A stretch of DNA of 63,168 nt, filler included, from Octopus bimaculoides (lineage: Eukaryota), in assembly GCF_001194135.2 (NCBI RefSeq). It is 6 parts of 6 records of this genome, joined end to end, with 100 filler letters (N's around TTAATTAATTAA, not from the genome) between each part and the next. Parts side by side here need not be neighbours in the genome. Positions count along the whole stretch, not along the records: positions 25,541 to 42,242 come from NW_026433130.1; positions 42,343 to 52,386 come from NC_068982.1; positions 52,487 to 57,879 come from NC_069003.1; 3 more parts are not named here. The stretch is one strand, 5' to 3'. Shown here in pieces: positions 38,807-52,825 of this stretch (positions within the stretch are counted from its first letter, which is position 1; every line of letters begins with the position of its first letter). The notes below the pieces were generated by a model. That model saw only the letters and a list, made by a program, of their open reading frames with translations, ran no database searches and was not told where the DNA came from. The position numbers and the translations under genes were made by a program.

Positions 38807-39890
38807 GACGCTAGTCAGAAAGGACCCAGACAAGGGGGAAGTCATTGATAATTTTAGGCCCATCACTCTACTTAACGCAGAACTGAAGATTTTGGCCAAA
38901 GTTTTATCAATAACATTGGCGCGTGTCGCGGATGGACTAATCGGGGAGGCACAGACATGTGCCATACCCGGCAGATCCATCCAGAAGAATCTCCATCTTA
39001 TACGATGCACTATGGAGGGAATTAATAACGATTCTGGCAAGGGAGGGGCAGTGGTCCATTTAGACCAATCAAAAGCTTTCAATAGGGTCGACCATCACTA
39101 CCTGGTGTCCGTTCTGGCATAGTTCAGCCTAGGTCTTGGCTTCCTCAGGTGGATCATTCAAATGTATGAAAACGTCGACTCGGTAGTTCGGGTGAACGGC
39201 TTTCTGTCTAAGCCGTTCAGCGTCAAATGCTCGGTTCGTCAAGGGTGTCCGCTTGTATGTAATGGCTCTTGAGCCGTTGCTGCAAAAGCTGAGCGGCATC
39301 CCGAGACAACCAGCTTGTGGAATGTCAGTTTCAGCTTACGCGGCCATCGTCGTAACCGAATTGGACCTCCTACCTAAGGTAGATAAGGCCATTGAGATTT
39401 ACGAGACGGTGGCAGGAGCAAAAGTTAATCGTGAAAAGTCAGTCGGCTTATAGCTCGGCACCTGGAGAGGCAAGTCGATGCCGCCAGACAGCGTCGTGGG
39501 ACATTGGACGGAGTGTCCGATTGAGTTGCTTGAAGTTTGGTTTGGAACAGACCTCTAAATAGAGAAGAACTGGGGCAAGGTATCGAGTAGGGTGACCCAC
39601 ATAGTCAAGACCTGGGCTTAGCGGTGGCTATCCATGAAAGGAAGGGCGGAGGTGGCCAGTGTGTTTATCACATCGGTTACCACATAACGCCTTGCCATCG
39701 TCCCTTGCCCAGATTCGTGATTGACCAAGCTGCAAAGACAGAATTTTCGCTTTTTGTGGAAGAGCATGAAATCGCTTGTGAAATGCTCTATTTGCTGTCA
39801 ACAACCATTCAAGGGAGGACTAGGGTTGCCTTCGCTATTGATGTAAAAATATGCGCTGAGGTCGAGGCATCTGTCACTTTACCTGGATAG
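38807..39890 (+). mobile_element. L1/Tx1-clade LINE reverse transcriptase remnant
   Basis: NFRPITLLNAELKILAKVL...QTCAIPGRSI...LDQSKAFNRVDH...SVRQGCP...LYVMALEPLL...YETVAGAKVNREKS...GGLGLP. Stops and frameshifts are present, and the sequence is truncated at the satellite. Confidence 0.9.
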
Positions 39891-39894
39891 TGAA

Positions 39895-42242
39895 CCATTT
39901 TGAAGTCTAGTGGGTTAATATAGGCTAGATGGTTTATGAAAACATTATATTTATCAAAGAGTTCACCGAAGTCACAACCTTTTTCACAAAACACAAAATC
40001 ACAAAAGTTTGCAAATAAGCATGGAAAAACGACAAAGTTTGAAAATGCGAATATCGTATTTTCCAGTCGTTATATCACAATTTTAGATAGTTTTCAATTT
40101 TGTAAAAGCCACTATTCATTTTGAAGTCTAGTGGCTTAATATAGGCTAGATGGTTGATGAAAATATATTTATCAAAGTGTTCACCGAAGTCACAACCATT
40201 TTCAAAAAACTCAAACTCACAAAGTTTNNNNNNNNNNNNNNNNNNNNNNNNNNNNNNNNNNNNNNNNNNNNNNNNNNNNNNNNNNNNNNNNNNNNNNNNN
40301 NNNNNNNNNNNNNNNNNNNNNNNNNNNNNNNNNNNNNNNNNNNNNNNNNNNNNNNNNNNNNNNNNNNNNNNNNNNNNNNNNNNNNNNNNNNNNNNNNNNN
40401 NNNNNNNNNNNNNNNNNNNNNNNNNNNNNNNNNNNNNNNNNNNNNNNNNNNNNNNNNNNNNNNNNNNNNNNNNNNNNNNNNNNNNNNNNNNNNNNNNNNN
40501 NNNNNNNNNNNNNNNNNNNNNNNNNNNNNNNNNNNNNNNNNNNNNNNNNNNNNNNNNNNNNNNNNNNNNNNNNNNNNNNNNNNNNNNNNNNNNNNNNNNN
40601 NNNNNNNNNNNNNNNNNNNNNNNNNNNNNNNNNNNNNNNNNNNNNNNNNNNNNNNNNNNNNNNNNNNNNNNNNNNNNNNNNNNNNNNNNNNNNNNNNNNN
40701 NNNNNNNNNNNNNNNNNNNNNNNNNNNNNNNNNNNNNNNNNNNNNNNNNNNNNNNNNNNNNNNNNNNNNNNNNNNNNNNNNNNNNNNNNNNNNNNNNNNN
40801 NNNNNNNNNNNNNNNNNNNNNNNNNNNNNNNNNNNNNNNNNNNNNNNNNNNNNNNNNNNNNNNNNNNNNNNNNNNNNNNNNNNNNNNNNNNNNNNNNNNN
40901 NNNNNNNNNNNNNNNNNNNNNNNNNNNNNNNNNNNNNNNNNNNNNNNNNNNNNNNNNNNNNNNNNNNNNNNNNNNNNNNNNNNNNNNNNNNNNNNNNNNN
41001 NNNNNNNNNNNNNNNNNNNNNNNNGTTCACCGAAGTCACAACCTTTTTCACAAAACACAAAATCACAAAAGTTTGCAAATAAGCATGGAAAAACGACAAA
41101 GATTCAAAATGCTCATTTCGTGATTTCCAGTCGTATTTTGACAATTTTAGATAGTTTTCAGTTTTGCAAAAACCACAATTTATTTTGAAGTTTATTAGGC
41201 TAGATGGTTGATGAAAATATATTTATCAAAGTGTTCACCGAAGTCACAACCATTTTCAAAAAACTCAAACTCACAAAGTTTTGCAAATAACCATGAAAAA
41301 CAAAGAAAACCTGAAAATGCTAATTTCATGATATCGAGTCGTTTTTTGACACTTTTAGATAGTTTTCATTTTTGAAAAATCACTATTCAATTTGAAGTTT
41401 ATTGGAAAAACCATAGGCTAGATGGGTGATGAAAACATTATATTTATCAAAGAGTTCACCGAAGTCACAACCATTTTCACAAAACTCAAAATCACAAAAG
41501 TTTGCAAATAACCATGAAAAACAAACGAAACTTCAAAATGCTAATTTCGAGATTTCCAGTCGTTTTTTGACACTTTTAGATAGTTTTCTTTTTGCAAGAA
41601 GCAAATATTCATTTTGAAGTCTAGTGGGTTGATGAAAACATTATATTTATCAAAGAGTTCACCGAGGTCACAACCATTTTCAAAAAACACAAACTCACAA
41701 AATTTTGCAAATAACCATGAAAAGCCAACAAAACTTAAAACTGCTAATTTCGTGATTTCCAGTTGTTTTTTGAGACTTTAAGAGAGTTTTCATTTTTGCA
41801 AAAACCACTAAACATTTTGAAGGCTAAATGGTTGATGAAAACATAATATTTATCGAAGAGTTCACCGAAGTCACAACCATTTTCACAAAACTCAAACTAA
41901 CAAAATTTTGCAAATAACCATGAAAAATCAACAAAATTTGAGAATGCTAATTTCGTGATTTCCAGTCGTTTTTTGACACTTTAAGATTGATTTCATTTTT
42001 GCAAAAACCACAATTTATTTTGAAGTTTATTAGGTTCATATAGGCTAGATGGTTGATGAAAGCATTATATTTATCAAAAAGTTCACCGAAGTCACAAACT
42101 TTTTCACAAAACTCAAAATCACAAAATTTTGCAAATAAGCATGGAAAAACGACAAAGATTCAAAATGCTCATTTCGTGATTTCCAGTCGTTTTTTTGACA
42201 ATTTTAGATAGTTTTCAGTTTTGCAAAAACCACAATTTATTT
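39895..42242. repeat. Tandem satellite array, monomer 203-221 bp
   Basis: The anchor gttcaccga(a/g)gtcacaa occurs at 39961, 40179, 41025, 41233, 41454, 41657, 41860 and 42081. There is an internal gap at 40228-41024 and the array ends at a gap. Confidence 0.95.
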
Positions 42243-45200
42243 NNNNNNNNNNNNNNNNNNNNNNNNNNNNNNNNNNNNNNNNNNNNTTAATTAATTAANN
42301 NNNNNNNNNNNNNNNNNNNNNNNNNNNNNNNNNNNNNNNNNNATATATATATATATATATATATATAAATATATGTAACCCACAAAAGAATACATTAATA
42401 ATTTAATGATCAAGATAACTTTAATGAGTGAGAAATGTTTAAAAAATGATAATCAAATTATATTTGTATGCATTATGTATATGCATGAGATGAACACAAT
42501 TGCTCTTTTTTTTTTCAGTTAGTTATGTGATTGTTTACACTTGCTCTCTTTTCTGTCGTATGTTTTCAATTGATTAACCTTTAATACAGAAAATAACTTA
42601 GTTGTATCAATGATGCGTACTGTTTGAAGCGTTTCCAATCTTAATATATTAAAAATATGATGAAAAGTTTTTTAAAACAATATATCAAACACATTCGACT
42701 TGAAATTTTTTTAGCAAAGCATACGCGCTTTGCAGTGTCAGTTATTGCATTTTAGGAATAAAATATATGATATTCTTCCTGTTTTAAACAATAGAAAAGG
42801 AGAATAAAATCTTAATGAATTTTAGTTAATGTCATAATTCTTTCCTATTTTCAATTCAGTTAACATGTCTCAAGCTCAGTGTCAGTTAATTCATCTATTA
42901 TCCATATATTTGACGTATTCTGAATGATTACTCTTTTCCCGGTTAGTAATAATAGAAATTCCCGTCTATAGCAGGTGTCAATAAGCTATGTTACTCTACA
43001 TATTTTAAAGTGTGATTTACGCAAACAACAATGAGCTGCTAAATGTACAGCTACCTCCTCGCCGTTAACACTATACCCACTGGCTTGTTTGTTGAGGACC
43101 AGAAAACAAATCAGCGCTGTAATGTCTGATACCCTACCAATCTAATTGGAAAGCCAAAATTGCGTATTGCTATCAAAGCTACATATTTTCTACTTTTGTA
43201 CAGTCAGGCAACGTAGGTCAAAGGCAGTAAAATGCCACCTGACTAAATGGCGTTAAGTCAACCACAGATACATTGTAGCACCTGGCTCACATCCGCGCTG
43301 TTTCCTCCCTCTCACTTTCCATGTAATGGCTAGATTTATGTCACCTCTATTTGAGTATTTTTCACACACTCGACTCTCCCTCTGTCATCAACCTTGTATC
43401 CAAATACCCCATGTCGCGCACCAATTATTACACAAAACCTCTGGCCAATGAATACAAATCTTCGAAAGGAACGTCAATGACTTGAACCTCACAAGTCTAG
43501 GAGGAGTTGCGATGGAAATGGATGTTGTCCCTTCTTCTCAGCCTAGCAATTAAAAAGTATATTTAAATTAAGATGAAATAATATGGAATGTGGCGAGTAA
43601 ACTTGCTGGTGCTACTCTAAAAAGAAGTTAATTAAAGCTTGGAAAGTTATATAAGATGCAATAACTAAAACCAAATAATTAGACTACAATCTCCAAGAAA
43701 AAAAATATTAATAGTATTTCAAACGCTAACATATCAACATATAATATTGTCAGCAGATTAATTACTAGTATTAAAACTGAATTTAATGTTTGAAATATGA
43801 TAACATAAAAATATAGTAACATTAACGATTAAATTGTACAGCTGTAAACATAAAATAGTTTCTAGAATCGAATCCCACATAAATGGAAGAAAGTGGAAAA
43901 CGAGAGAGATAGCATATACAAACCTCGTGAACTGGGAGGACATGACTTGTTACAAATATTGAACAAGTACAAAACAACAGCATTGATACTAGTATTATAG
44001 TGTACAGTAATAAGAAACATACTCTAAGTTCATGTATTAAGTGCTTCATTAGTTAATGAATACAAATAGGTAGAACAAACATGTCATCATGCAAATATGT
44101 ATATGTGCACGTGTGTGCAGATAAATAGAGAATGAATGACGACGAGAATGTTGAACGACACATATTAAGTGAAATAACTGTGGAAATACATTAAATTTCG
44201 AAGCTGTCAACAAAATATTCAAAGGAACATTCTATCATGGATCAAAGAGTGTCCTCTTTGATTAGGTTCTTTAATTGCTCGTTTTTATTTATGGGTCCAA
44301 TTATTCATTTAGTAAAGGGAAGTGTATTAATAGAATCATTTCGGCGTTGGTCTGTGTTACATGGTTTCTGAGTTCCAAGGCCAGTCAATTTTAGTTGTCA
44401 AAATAATTAATTTTCTTCGTCATCCAACCTTTCCCGCAAAATACTGCTTCGTGTCTATGTTTGATATTGTTATACATTATATATGCATACAATCAATATT
44501 TGCGCTTATCTATCATTGTTAAATTAAATATATAGATATTTTACAGTAAAGTAGTACATGTATTTACAAATGCACCTGTGTATATAAGTCAAGTTAAATT
44601 TTAAGTGTAGGATTTGAAATGATACGAAAATATTTTTCGAGTGATGTTATTTTTGTAGTTTGCCACAGAAGAGGCATCTTTTCAAAATTTTACTTCTAAC
44701 AATCACACCACCTTTTTTTTTTTTTTTCTAATGAGTGCATTTAGAAACATGTTTCGTTTTCTAATATCCGAAAGTATAACTCGAGAGAAATGCATGTTAA
44801 TTCCCACATTTTAAGCAGATGTATACTTCTAATAGAAACTGTAAATGTTCCATTATCCGATAGAGTATATTCTTAGATATATCGTTCTAAAACGATATTT
44901 ATATATGTCACTGGTATATAACCAATGACACGTGTTTCTCAAAGTAAGACTTTCCACTAGCACAGCAAGACTTTAACATAACTTGAAGAGAATTATATAT
45001 TCGTTAAAAACAACAAAATTAATGTTGTGTGCATATACATATGAAACTAAGAGAATCTATATATATGTATATATATGTATATATATATGTATATATATGT
45101 ATATATATATATATATANNNNNNNNNNNNNNNNNNNNNNNNNNNNNNNNNNNNNNNNNNNNNNNNNNNNNNNNNNNNNNNNNNNNNNNNNNNNNNNNNNN

Positions 45201-46479
45201 NNNNNNNNNNNNNNNNNNNNNNNNNNNNNNNNNNNNNNNNNNNNNNNNNNNNNNNNNNNNNNNNNNNNNNNNNNNNNNNNNNNNNNNNNNNNNNNNNNNN
45301 NNNNNNNNNNNNNNNNNNNNNNNNNNNNNNNNNNNNNNNNNNNNNNNNNNNNNNNNNNNNNNNNNNNNNNNNNNNNNNNNNNNNNNNNNNNNNNNNNNNN
45401 NNNNNNNNNNNNNNNNNNNNNNNNNNNNNNNNNNNNNNNNNNNNNNNNNNNNNNNNNNNNNNNNNNNNNNNNNNNNNNNNNNNNNNNNNNNNNNNNNNNN
45501 NNNNNNNNNNNNNNNNNNNNNNNNNNNNNNNNNNNNNNNNNNNNNNNNNNNNNNNNNNNNNNNNNNNNNNNNNNATATATATATTCTTTTACAAGAATTT
45601 TATCAGGAAGCTAGCGTGAAAAAATTCATAAGGGAAAAAAACTCATCATGTTTTATTCCCAAGAATATATTTATTTGTTAATATTTATATAAGGGCATTA
45701 CTACAGAATAATGCCACACACTAGACTTCCATAATAAACACATTTTTACTGAATGTGAGGAAAGGAAACTCTTAAAAAAAAACAACCTTTTAAAAATGAA
45801 CTCAACTATATATCGAATGATTTCACGATTATTAGAATAATATCTATCTTTCAATCATCAGTCTAGTATATGTATATATATATGTAAATATATATTTACA
45901 TCTCCCTCTCTCTTTATATATATATATACACACGGCTAAATAGTGTACGTTTTCTGGCATCTAGAACATTTGTTTCTACGCCAATGCACCTAACGTCATC
46001 AACGAATCACCAGCCGCAACTCGAAGTACGAATCCTATTGTTCTATCATGGCATGTAAGAACAGACATAGCCAAGTATTGGAGAAGAGATACTTCTGGAT
46101 ATTACAAACTACTTCCTCTGACAATCACACACATTTTAAATATATACAGAAGAACTGCTAGTATTTGAATTATAGTGTACACACCTTTTGCAATAGCATT
46201 AATTATTTTCCTCAACCTGGCAGCAGAATCACCTGTAATGACAACATACGTCTTTAAATAAAGAAACAACACAGAAGTTAATATAACTATGCATAAAAAA
46301 ATTCTGGATGGTCATGGGAAAAATACGTCTAATTATATATATATATATATATATTATATATATTTTTCATTTTATATGACCCGAGGGCAAGCAACTATAA
46401 CAAAGTTTTAGCCATTAAGCCTAAGAATGAAAGTTAGAAAGTCATAGTGAAGATAATGTCTATCACTATTACATGCTGA

Positions 46480-46700
46480 TAAGGCGGGGAGCTGGCCGAA
46501 TCTTTAGCAAACCGCAAAAAATGCTTACCGGTATTTCGCCCGTTTTTACGATCTGAGTTCAAAATCCACGAGGTCGACATTGCCTTTCATCCTTTCAGGG
46601 GTCGATAAATTAAATACCAGTGAAACACTGGGGTCGATGTAATCGATTTATCTCCTCTCACCGAAAATGTCTAACCCCGCGGCAATATTTGTAAGAATTA
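46480..46700 (+). mobile_element. tRNA-derived SINE (family B)
   Basis: aaggcggggagctggccgaatc head, gagttcaaaatcc B-box-like motif and gaggtcgacattgcctttcatcctttcaggggtcgataaattaaataccag body; homologous to the minus-strand copy at 57180-57378. Confidence 0.75.
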
Positions 46701-47234
46701 ATACACACGGATGCGTGTAGTAGCATTGATCACAACAATAAATATCTATATGACGATAGTGAATGGTTCCTTCAAATAAATAACATGGCCTATTAACGAT
46801 GCACCAAGTATAATATTACCAATATGAACCTGCGTAATACTTTCTACATAATAGTAATTTTCTCTTGTTATTAGCATGCCGTTGACGCTTCATTAATCTG
46901 GATAAGAATTGTGTTCTCCGTCAGTCTTCAAGTGAGATGTAACATTCATTAGTTATGAAATAATATGGGCTATTAATTGTCCCTTTAAATATATGAACCT
47001 TCCATTATCAAATTTTGCTACGAAGACTGTTGTAAATTTCGATTTCGTGGTCAGTATAACGAAACTAATAACATTATTATATATCTGAATAGCCAATCCG
47101 CTGCGCTGTGCAATAGAATATTTTGTATTAGCAAAATAATGCAATATTCCTAATACATTAATCTTCATTTCAGCTCAAATCTGTCAAATTAAGAATTCTT
47201 CTCTTATATATATCTATATATATAAAAGAGTAAA

Positions 47235-47462
47235 GATCATTCCCGAGTCACATAGACTCAAAGTACCGGTTTCCTGATTTCCGTGGCGTATATATTCTTC
47301 ACCTGGATGGGACGCTGGTCCGTCGCAGGATAACTCTTCTGTACTAGCTGAGAGAACAGGAGCGATGAAAAATGAAGTGATTTGATCAAGAGCAGAACGC
47401 GTTACTTGGTTCAGGAATCTTACGATCAATTGTCAGACACCCTAATGACTAACGCACGCGCC
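47235..47462 (-). mobile_element. tRNA-derived SINE (family C), decayed
   Basis: The minus strand starts ggcgcgtgcgttagtcattagggtgtctgacaattgatcgtaagattcctg (tRNA-like head), followed by gttctgctcttgatcaaatcacttcatt. I recognise this as a common cephalopod SINE pattern. Confidence 0.55.
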
Positions 47463-47504
47463 TTCATACGCAGTGCGTGTGTGTATATATATATAATATA
47501 TAAC

Positions 47505-47538
<34 letters not shown>

Positions 47539-47559
47539 ATTTACAATAGGAATTATATA

Positions 47560-47678
47560 AAAGAAAAGCTAGGATTTGAACACGAACCTAGTAACCTACT
47601 AGAAAGTAAGAAATACAAGGTGTTGTGGGACCTTCACCATAAAAACTAACAGAATAAAAGAAGCTAGAAGGCCTGATT

Positions 47679-47752
<74 letters not shown>

Positions 47753-48046
47753 CACAAAGAGAATAGAAAATGTCAGATAATTGACTTTACAGTCGCAAAA
47801 GATGAAAAAATTAATATGAAAGGTATAGAAAAAGTAGCTAAGTACCATGACGTAGCCATTAGATTACAGAGACTATTGGAAGTGCGGGTAAAATGTATCC
47901 CAGTAGTTATATGTGCATTAGGAACTATCCCTAAAGATTTGACCAGATGGACAGAGGAAATAGGCATAAAAGCCAGTTTAGTACAGCTCCATAAAAATGT
48001 GTTATTAGGGACAGTTGGGATATTTAGGAGAATTTTTGGCATCTAA
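47560..48046 (+). mobile_element. 3' end of a non-LTR retrotransposon with a restriction-like endonuclease (R4/Dong- or NeSL-type)
   Basis: KKYKVLWD(+1)FTIKTNRIKEARRPDL(V)24HKENRKCQIIDFTV...KVAKYHDVAIRLQRLLEVRVKCIPVVICALGTIPKDL...LHKNVLLGTVGIFRRIFGI*, the typical PD..D REL layout. An AAT/GAT-rich tail follows at ~48115-48190. Confidence 0.85.
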
Positions 48047-49858
48047 TTTTTCTTATTGTTGCCCGATGTTAGGATATTTTTTTTTCAATAGTCTAATCTG
48101 TTGTGTATATAAAAATAACAAGAATAATAGTAATAACATGATGATGAAGAAGAAGATGATGATGATGATGACGACGACGATGATGATGATACTGATATTC
48201 CTATGTGGCGGTCATCTTGTTAACGTTCCATACTATCCTTGCGCGCATTTGTGCACGCTTATTGAATACACTAATTTGTGTCGTTAAAGGTAGAAGAGGA
48301 AAGTCGAGGTCATTTCTCAGCCACTGATCACGGGTGACCTGAATCGTATGCTTCAAATATTCATTGCTTCAGATTTGCTTCACTACTCTCAATCGCTTTA
48401 GTAAAGACTGGAGAAATACAAGATGTGAAAATACAACGAAGGAGGATAGGAAATCGACCAAATGATTTGTATATGTTTCTGCTGTACTGAATTGTAACAT
48501 ACTGGACTTAGCTTCCAAAGTCCACAGAGATATTTGCAACAATAATAATAAATAAAAAAAAAACAGCATGATACTACACAATATGCATGACAGCCAATGT
48601 CTGAACATTCTCAGTTGAGAATTTCATTGTTATTAATATAGTCATTTATTAACGCTATTCTTTTCTAAATCACAAAAGGCTAGCTGTATGTCGTTGTCGA
48701 TTACAATCGCATAAAAGATAGCTTATTGATTAACATTACAATAATAAAACATTTTCTTATCAAATTGGAATTTATTTCCAAAAATAAACATCTAATCATA
48801 AATCAACCGCAAAGTTGGAGATACTAGTGGCTCAAAATTCAACGACGAATAAACGTATTCAAAATGATTTTCATGCTTCTTTCACAAATAGAAAACAATT
48901 TTCTTGTACTCTTTCAAAGCACTTTATATCATGGACCTTTAAACTAGAGCCGGATTAAGGACCATAAAGCCCCTAATTACTTAAAAGATTTTGGTGTCTC
49001 CATATATATGTGATTCAAAATAGAAAAAAAACTATAAACTATAAAATATATTTTCGTTTTTCAAAATAAAGCAAAACTGTCAGATGGAAAATATTGTTTA
49101 TTTTTGTATACATCCATATTTGAAAAATTTTCTACTTTTTTTAATTGCGAAATCTTTGATCAGATCCTCCCATTGACACCATGAATATTTTGAAATTATA
49201 TTTCTGATCATCTAAACCACTTCGAATATTATTTTAGAAAGTTTAAAGTATATTTTCTTTGTCCCGTAAAACGCCAATTCTGTTGTTCTCCCCTTCACAT
49301 GCTGCCCTAAACGCGTCCTTATTTTGTATAATAGATATTCCGTTGCTACTTTAAAAACTTTATCTTTGTAACTGAACAGCATATTCAAGCCGAAAAAATT
49401 TCTCAACAATTGCCACACACTGACAACGTTAATCTTACTTTATTTCACGTTATATTTACTCTTTTATACAAGGAGTCTCTCAAGCCACCGGTAGACAACA
49501 TAGAATACAGCACACCATGATAAACAGCACTCAAGGAAAGAAAATGACTGCCATCTCTTACCAAATTTGCAAAACGCCATCCTGTTCTTGCGTCTACATT
49601 AGGGTGAATTTCCCCTCACCTTGTTTCATCTTACACGCACTCATACACAAGCGGACACTCGGACACACGCACACAAGCGTGCACACGCACACGTGTATAT
49701 ATATATAAATATANNNNNNNNNNNNNNNNNNNNNNNNNNNNNNNNNNNNNNNNNNNNNNNNNNNNNNNNNNNNNNNNNNNNNNNNNNNNNNNNNNNNNNN
49801 NNNNNNNNNNNNNNNNNNNNNATATATATATACATATATACATAGATACATAGAAGCA

Positions 49859-49890
<32 letters not shown>

Positions 49891-50659
49891 GTATATAATT
49901 CATACACACACACATATATGGTATAATGTTCAGTATTTATACTAACTCTGCCTTTGATAAATATTCAATTAGTAAGTGGCATACGTGTTTAATAACAAGA
50001 TAAAATGATTTTATTATATGTAGAAGTATAATATAGTGTGAGACATAATCCGGAATATTGATTCTACCTTTATCGCAAAGTAATATTTCGTGAAAAAGAA
50101 TGGAAATAATTATTCATTCTAACATTCGAAACTCTGATATAATCTTGGAAAGTATTACAGTGAATATATTTCAGAAAATAGCCAGTTTTCGGTTTTCTAG
50201 CGTTAGATATATACAGAATGATATTGGAAAAAGAGATGTATTGTTTTGTTTCAAGTGGAGACATAGAACACAATCGGATAGCGTCGGACAAAATGTTCTG
50301 TGTTATTCGATTGCGTTTCCTTTCTACGTTTTAAAACACGATGCATTTCCTCATGTTATGGGTTAGTACTTGCACCAACTATAGATATTTCCGTCTTAAA
50401 CTTCTGGTTTTGACGGTTCTGAAATGATGTTCTTAATAAAATGTGTCTACGTATAAATTACATACATATATGAAATTTACTATTTCTCACAATAAACATA
50501 GGAGATAACTGCGAAATGATTATATGGTCCTATTGTTACGTATTTTCTGGAAAAGGCCGTTGATCTAAGAAATCTATAAAACAATTGTACTGTCAAAACA
50601 ATTGTACTTTTCTTTTATTAATGGCTAACAACGTAGACTGCATGCTGTCAATTAACATG

Positions 50660-50873
<214 letters not shown>

Positions 50874-51679
50874 CAGACATACGTTATAGCCATAAGAAAA
50901 TTGAAGCGTTGGAAGTTGAAGTCCTTGATATGAAAGCAAAATATTTTCTTAGCTGGTACGTCTATCGCCAAAGCTCTGTTTGAATCGAGGTCAGAATATG
51001 AAATAATATAAATGAATGGACTTATACTCCATCATTTGGTATTTCAAGTCCTCGCATTACGGTGCTATACGAACAAAAATATTTGTTCACTTTGTGAAAT
51101 GTGGAATTATAGGTTGTACATAATAATATCACATGTTTGAATTGAATAAACAATAAAGAGAGCGCTCGGATAGTTCACCATCTTGTTTAAGGGATGTAAA
51201 ATTCTTATATATGTAGAACGGTGCAGAAAGTTATACTGAATTTTAACGAAAGACGTTTACTCCTCGTAAACTAGGAAAATTAAAGAAATCATATTATTCA
51301 TCATTACGCTTTCATTCAATTGAAGCAGGGTCCTTTCATAAGTTACAAACATTAGCCATGAACGCATGAATTATTATAGGAAAGAAGCAGTAGATATCGA
51401 GACTCGGTGAGAAAGTGTTTATGGAAAACATGTGAAAGAAGTGATAATATGATTGCTACAGGCAATATGTTTATTCTAGTTTATAGACGAAATATATTTT
51501 ATGAACAGAACATGTTAGCGAGTAAGTAGATGGATGTCTGGGCGATAGCAGTAGTGCATATTAACAGCCAAATGGATATATGCATATACATGTTTCTATT
51601 TTAGTACTTCAGTGGGGAAAACATGCATCGAGAACGTGACTATTTATCCATATAGTTATATTTGTATGTGTCTGTGCCA

Positions 51680-51734
<55 letters not shown>

Positions 51735-52486
51735 CATATGTATATAAATATATACACATGTATATATGCATATATGTATGTGTATCTACTTATATATAGG
51801 TATGCGGGGGGGGGGGCTTCTGTGTGTGTATGTAAGTGTGTGTATATGAAGGCAAACACGCGCAGACATGCACACACAGGCACACAAACATACTCATATG
51901 CATATACATTAAAACACACGTGGTGATACCGAAAGCACTTTGAAATATTTACGGACGAATTCTATACTGTTAATATTTGCAAACATATAATGCATATTAA
52001 TGGAAGTTTATATATATTCAATTGAAGTCGAAAGACGAATGTAAATATTTTTATATCTGAGTTGAATTTTTTAAAGTAGTCAGTCCTCTAATATTTTTTT
52101 TGTTGATGAACAAGAATAGAAATAGTAACGTTTTGGACATAGTCCATGCTTATGCATAATATAATTCACCATTTACTTTTTTTAAAGTGAAATTTCGATT
52201 GAAGATTTGCAAATTTTATCATATACGTTAACTTTCTGGAGTAAACATGTGCTGAAATAAGTAATTTTATTGGAAGCTATTTTTTCACATCAAGAATATA
52301 AGATGTATTATTGAATTTCTAGAAAACTCACTGCAAAGTCGTATCGGAAATGGGAAGATTTAATGGATGCTTTCAAGATCGGAAGANNNNNNNNNNNNNN
52401 NNNNNNNNNNNNNNNNNNNNNNNNNNNNNNTTAATTAATTAANNNNNNNNNNNNNNNNNNNNNNNNNNNNNNNNNNNNNNNNNNNN

Positions 52487-52555
<69 letters not shown>
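52487..52555. repeat. (AAT)n microsatellite
   Basis: Read directly; abuts a gap. Confidence 0.95.
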
Positions 52556-52556
<1 letters not shown>

Positions 52557-52825
52557 GCATCGAAAAATACCTTAGGAATAAGAACCCAGATAGATAGATA
52601 GATAGATATATATATGTATATATATCTATGTCTGTACATAGAGGTGTATGTCCCGTCGATATTTGCCTATTTGCATGTGTATGTGCTTGTGTCTGAGTAA
52701 GTGAGAGCATGTGTGTATATGTATGTATGTGGAAAGGTAGGTCGGTTGGTATGCGCGTATGTTTGTGTGCATGTAGGTATGCATGTATGTATATATGCAT
52801 GTATGTATATATGTATATAAGCTTA

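Noticed and set aside
39895-42242. Satellite or 21/42-bp arrays as CRISPR-like arrays
   Set aside because: Whole units are homologous with no unique spacers, there are no cas genes, and the context is eukaryotic.
46780-47170. Minus-strand beta-rich ORF 46953-47168, possibly a LamG/pentraxin exon or Helitron Rep
   Set aside because: All frames from the nearest acceptor stop quickly, the frame has internal stops, and diagnostic motifs are absent.
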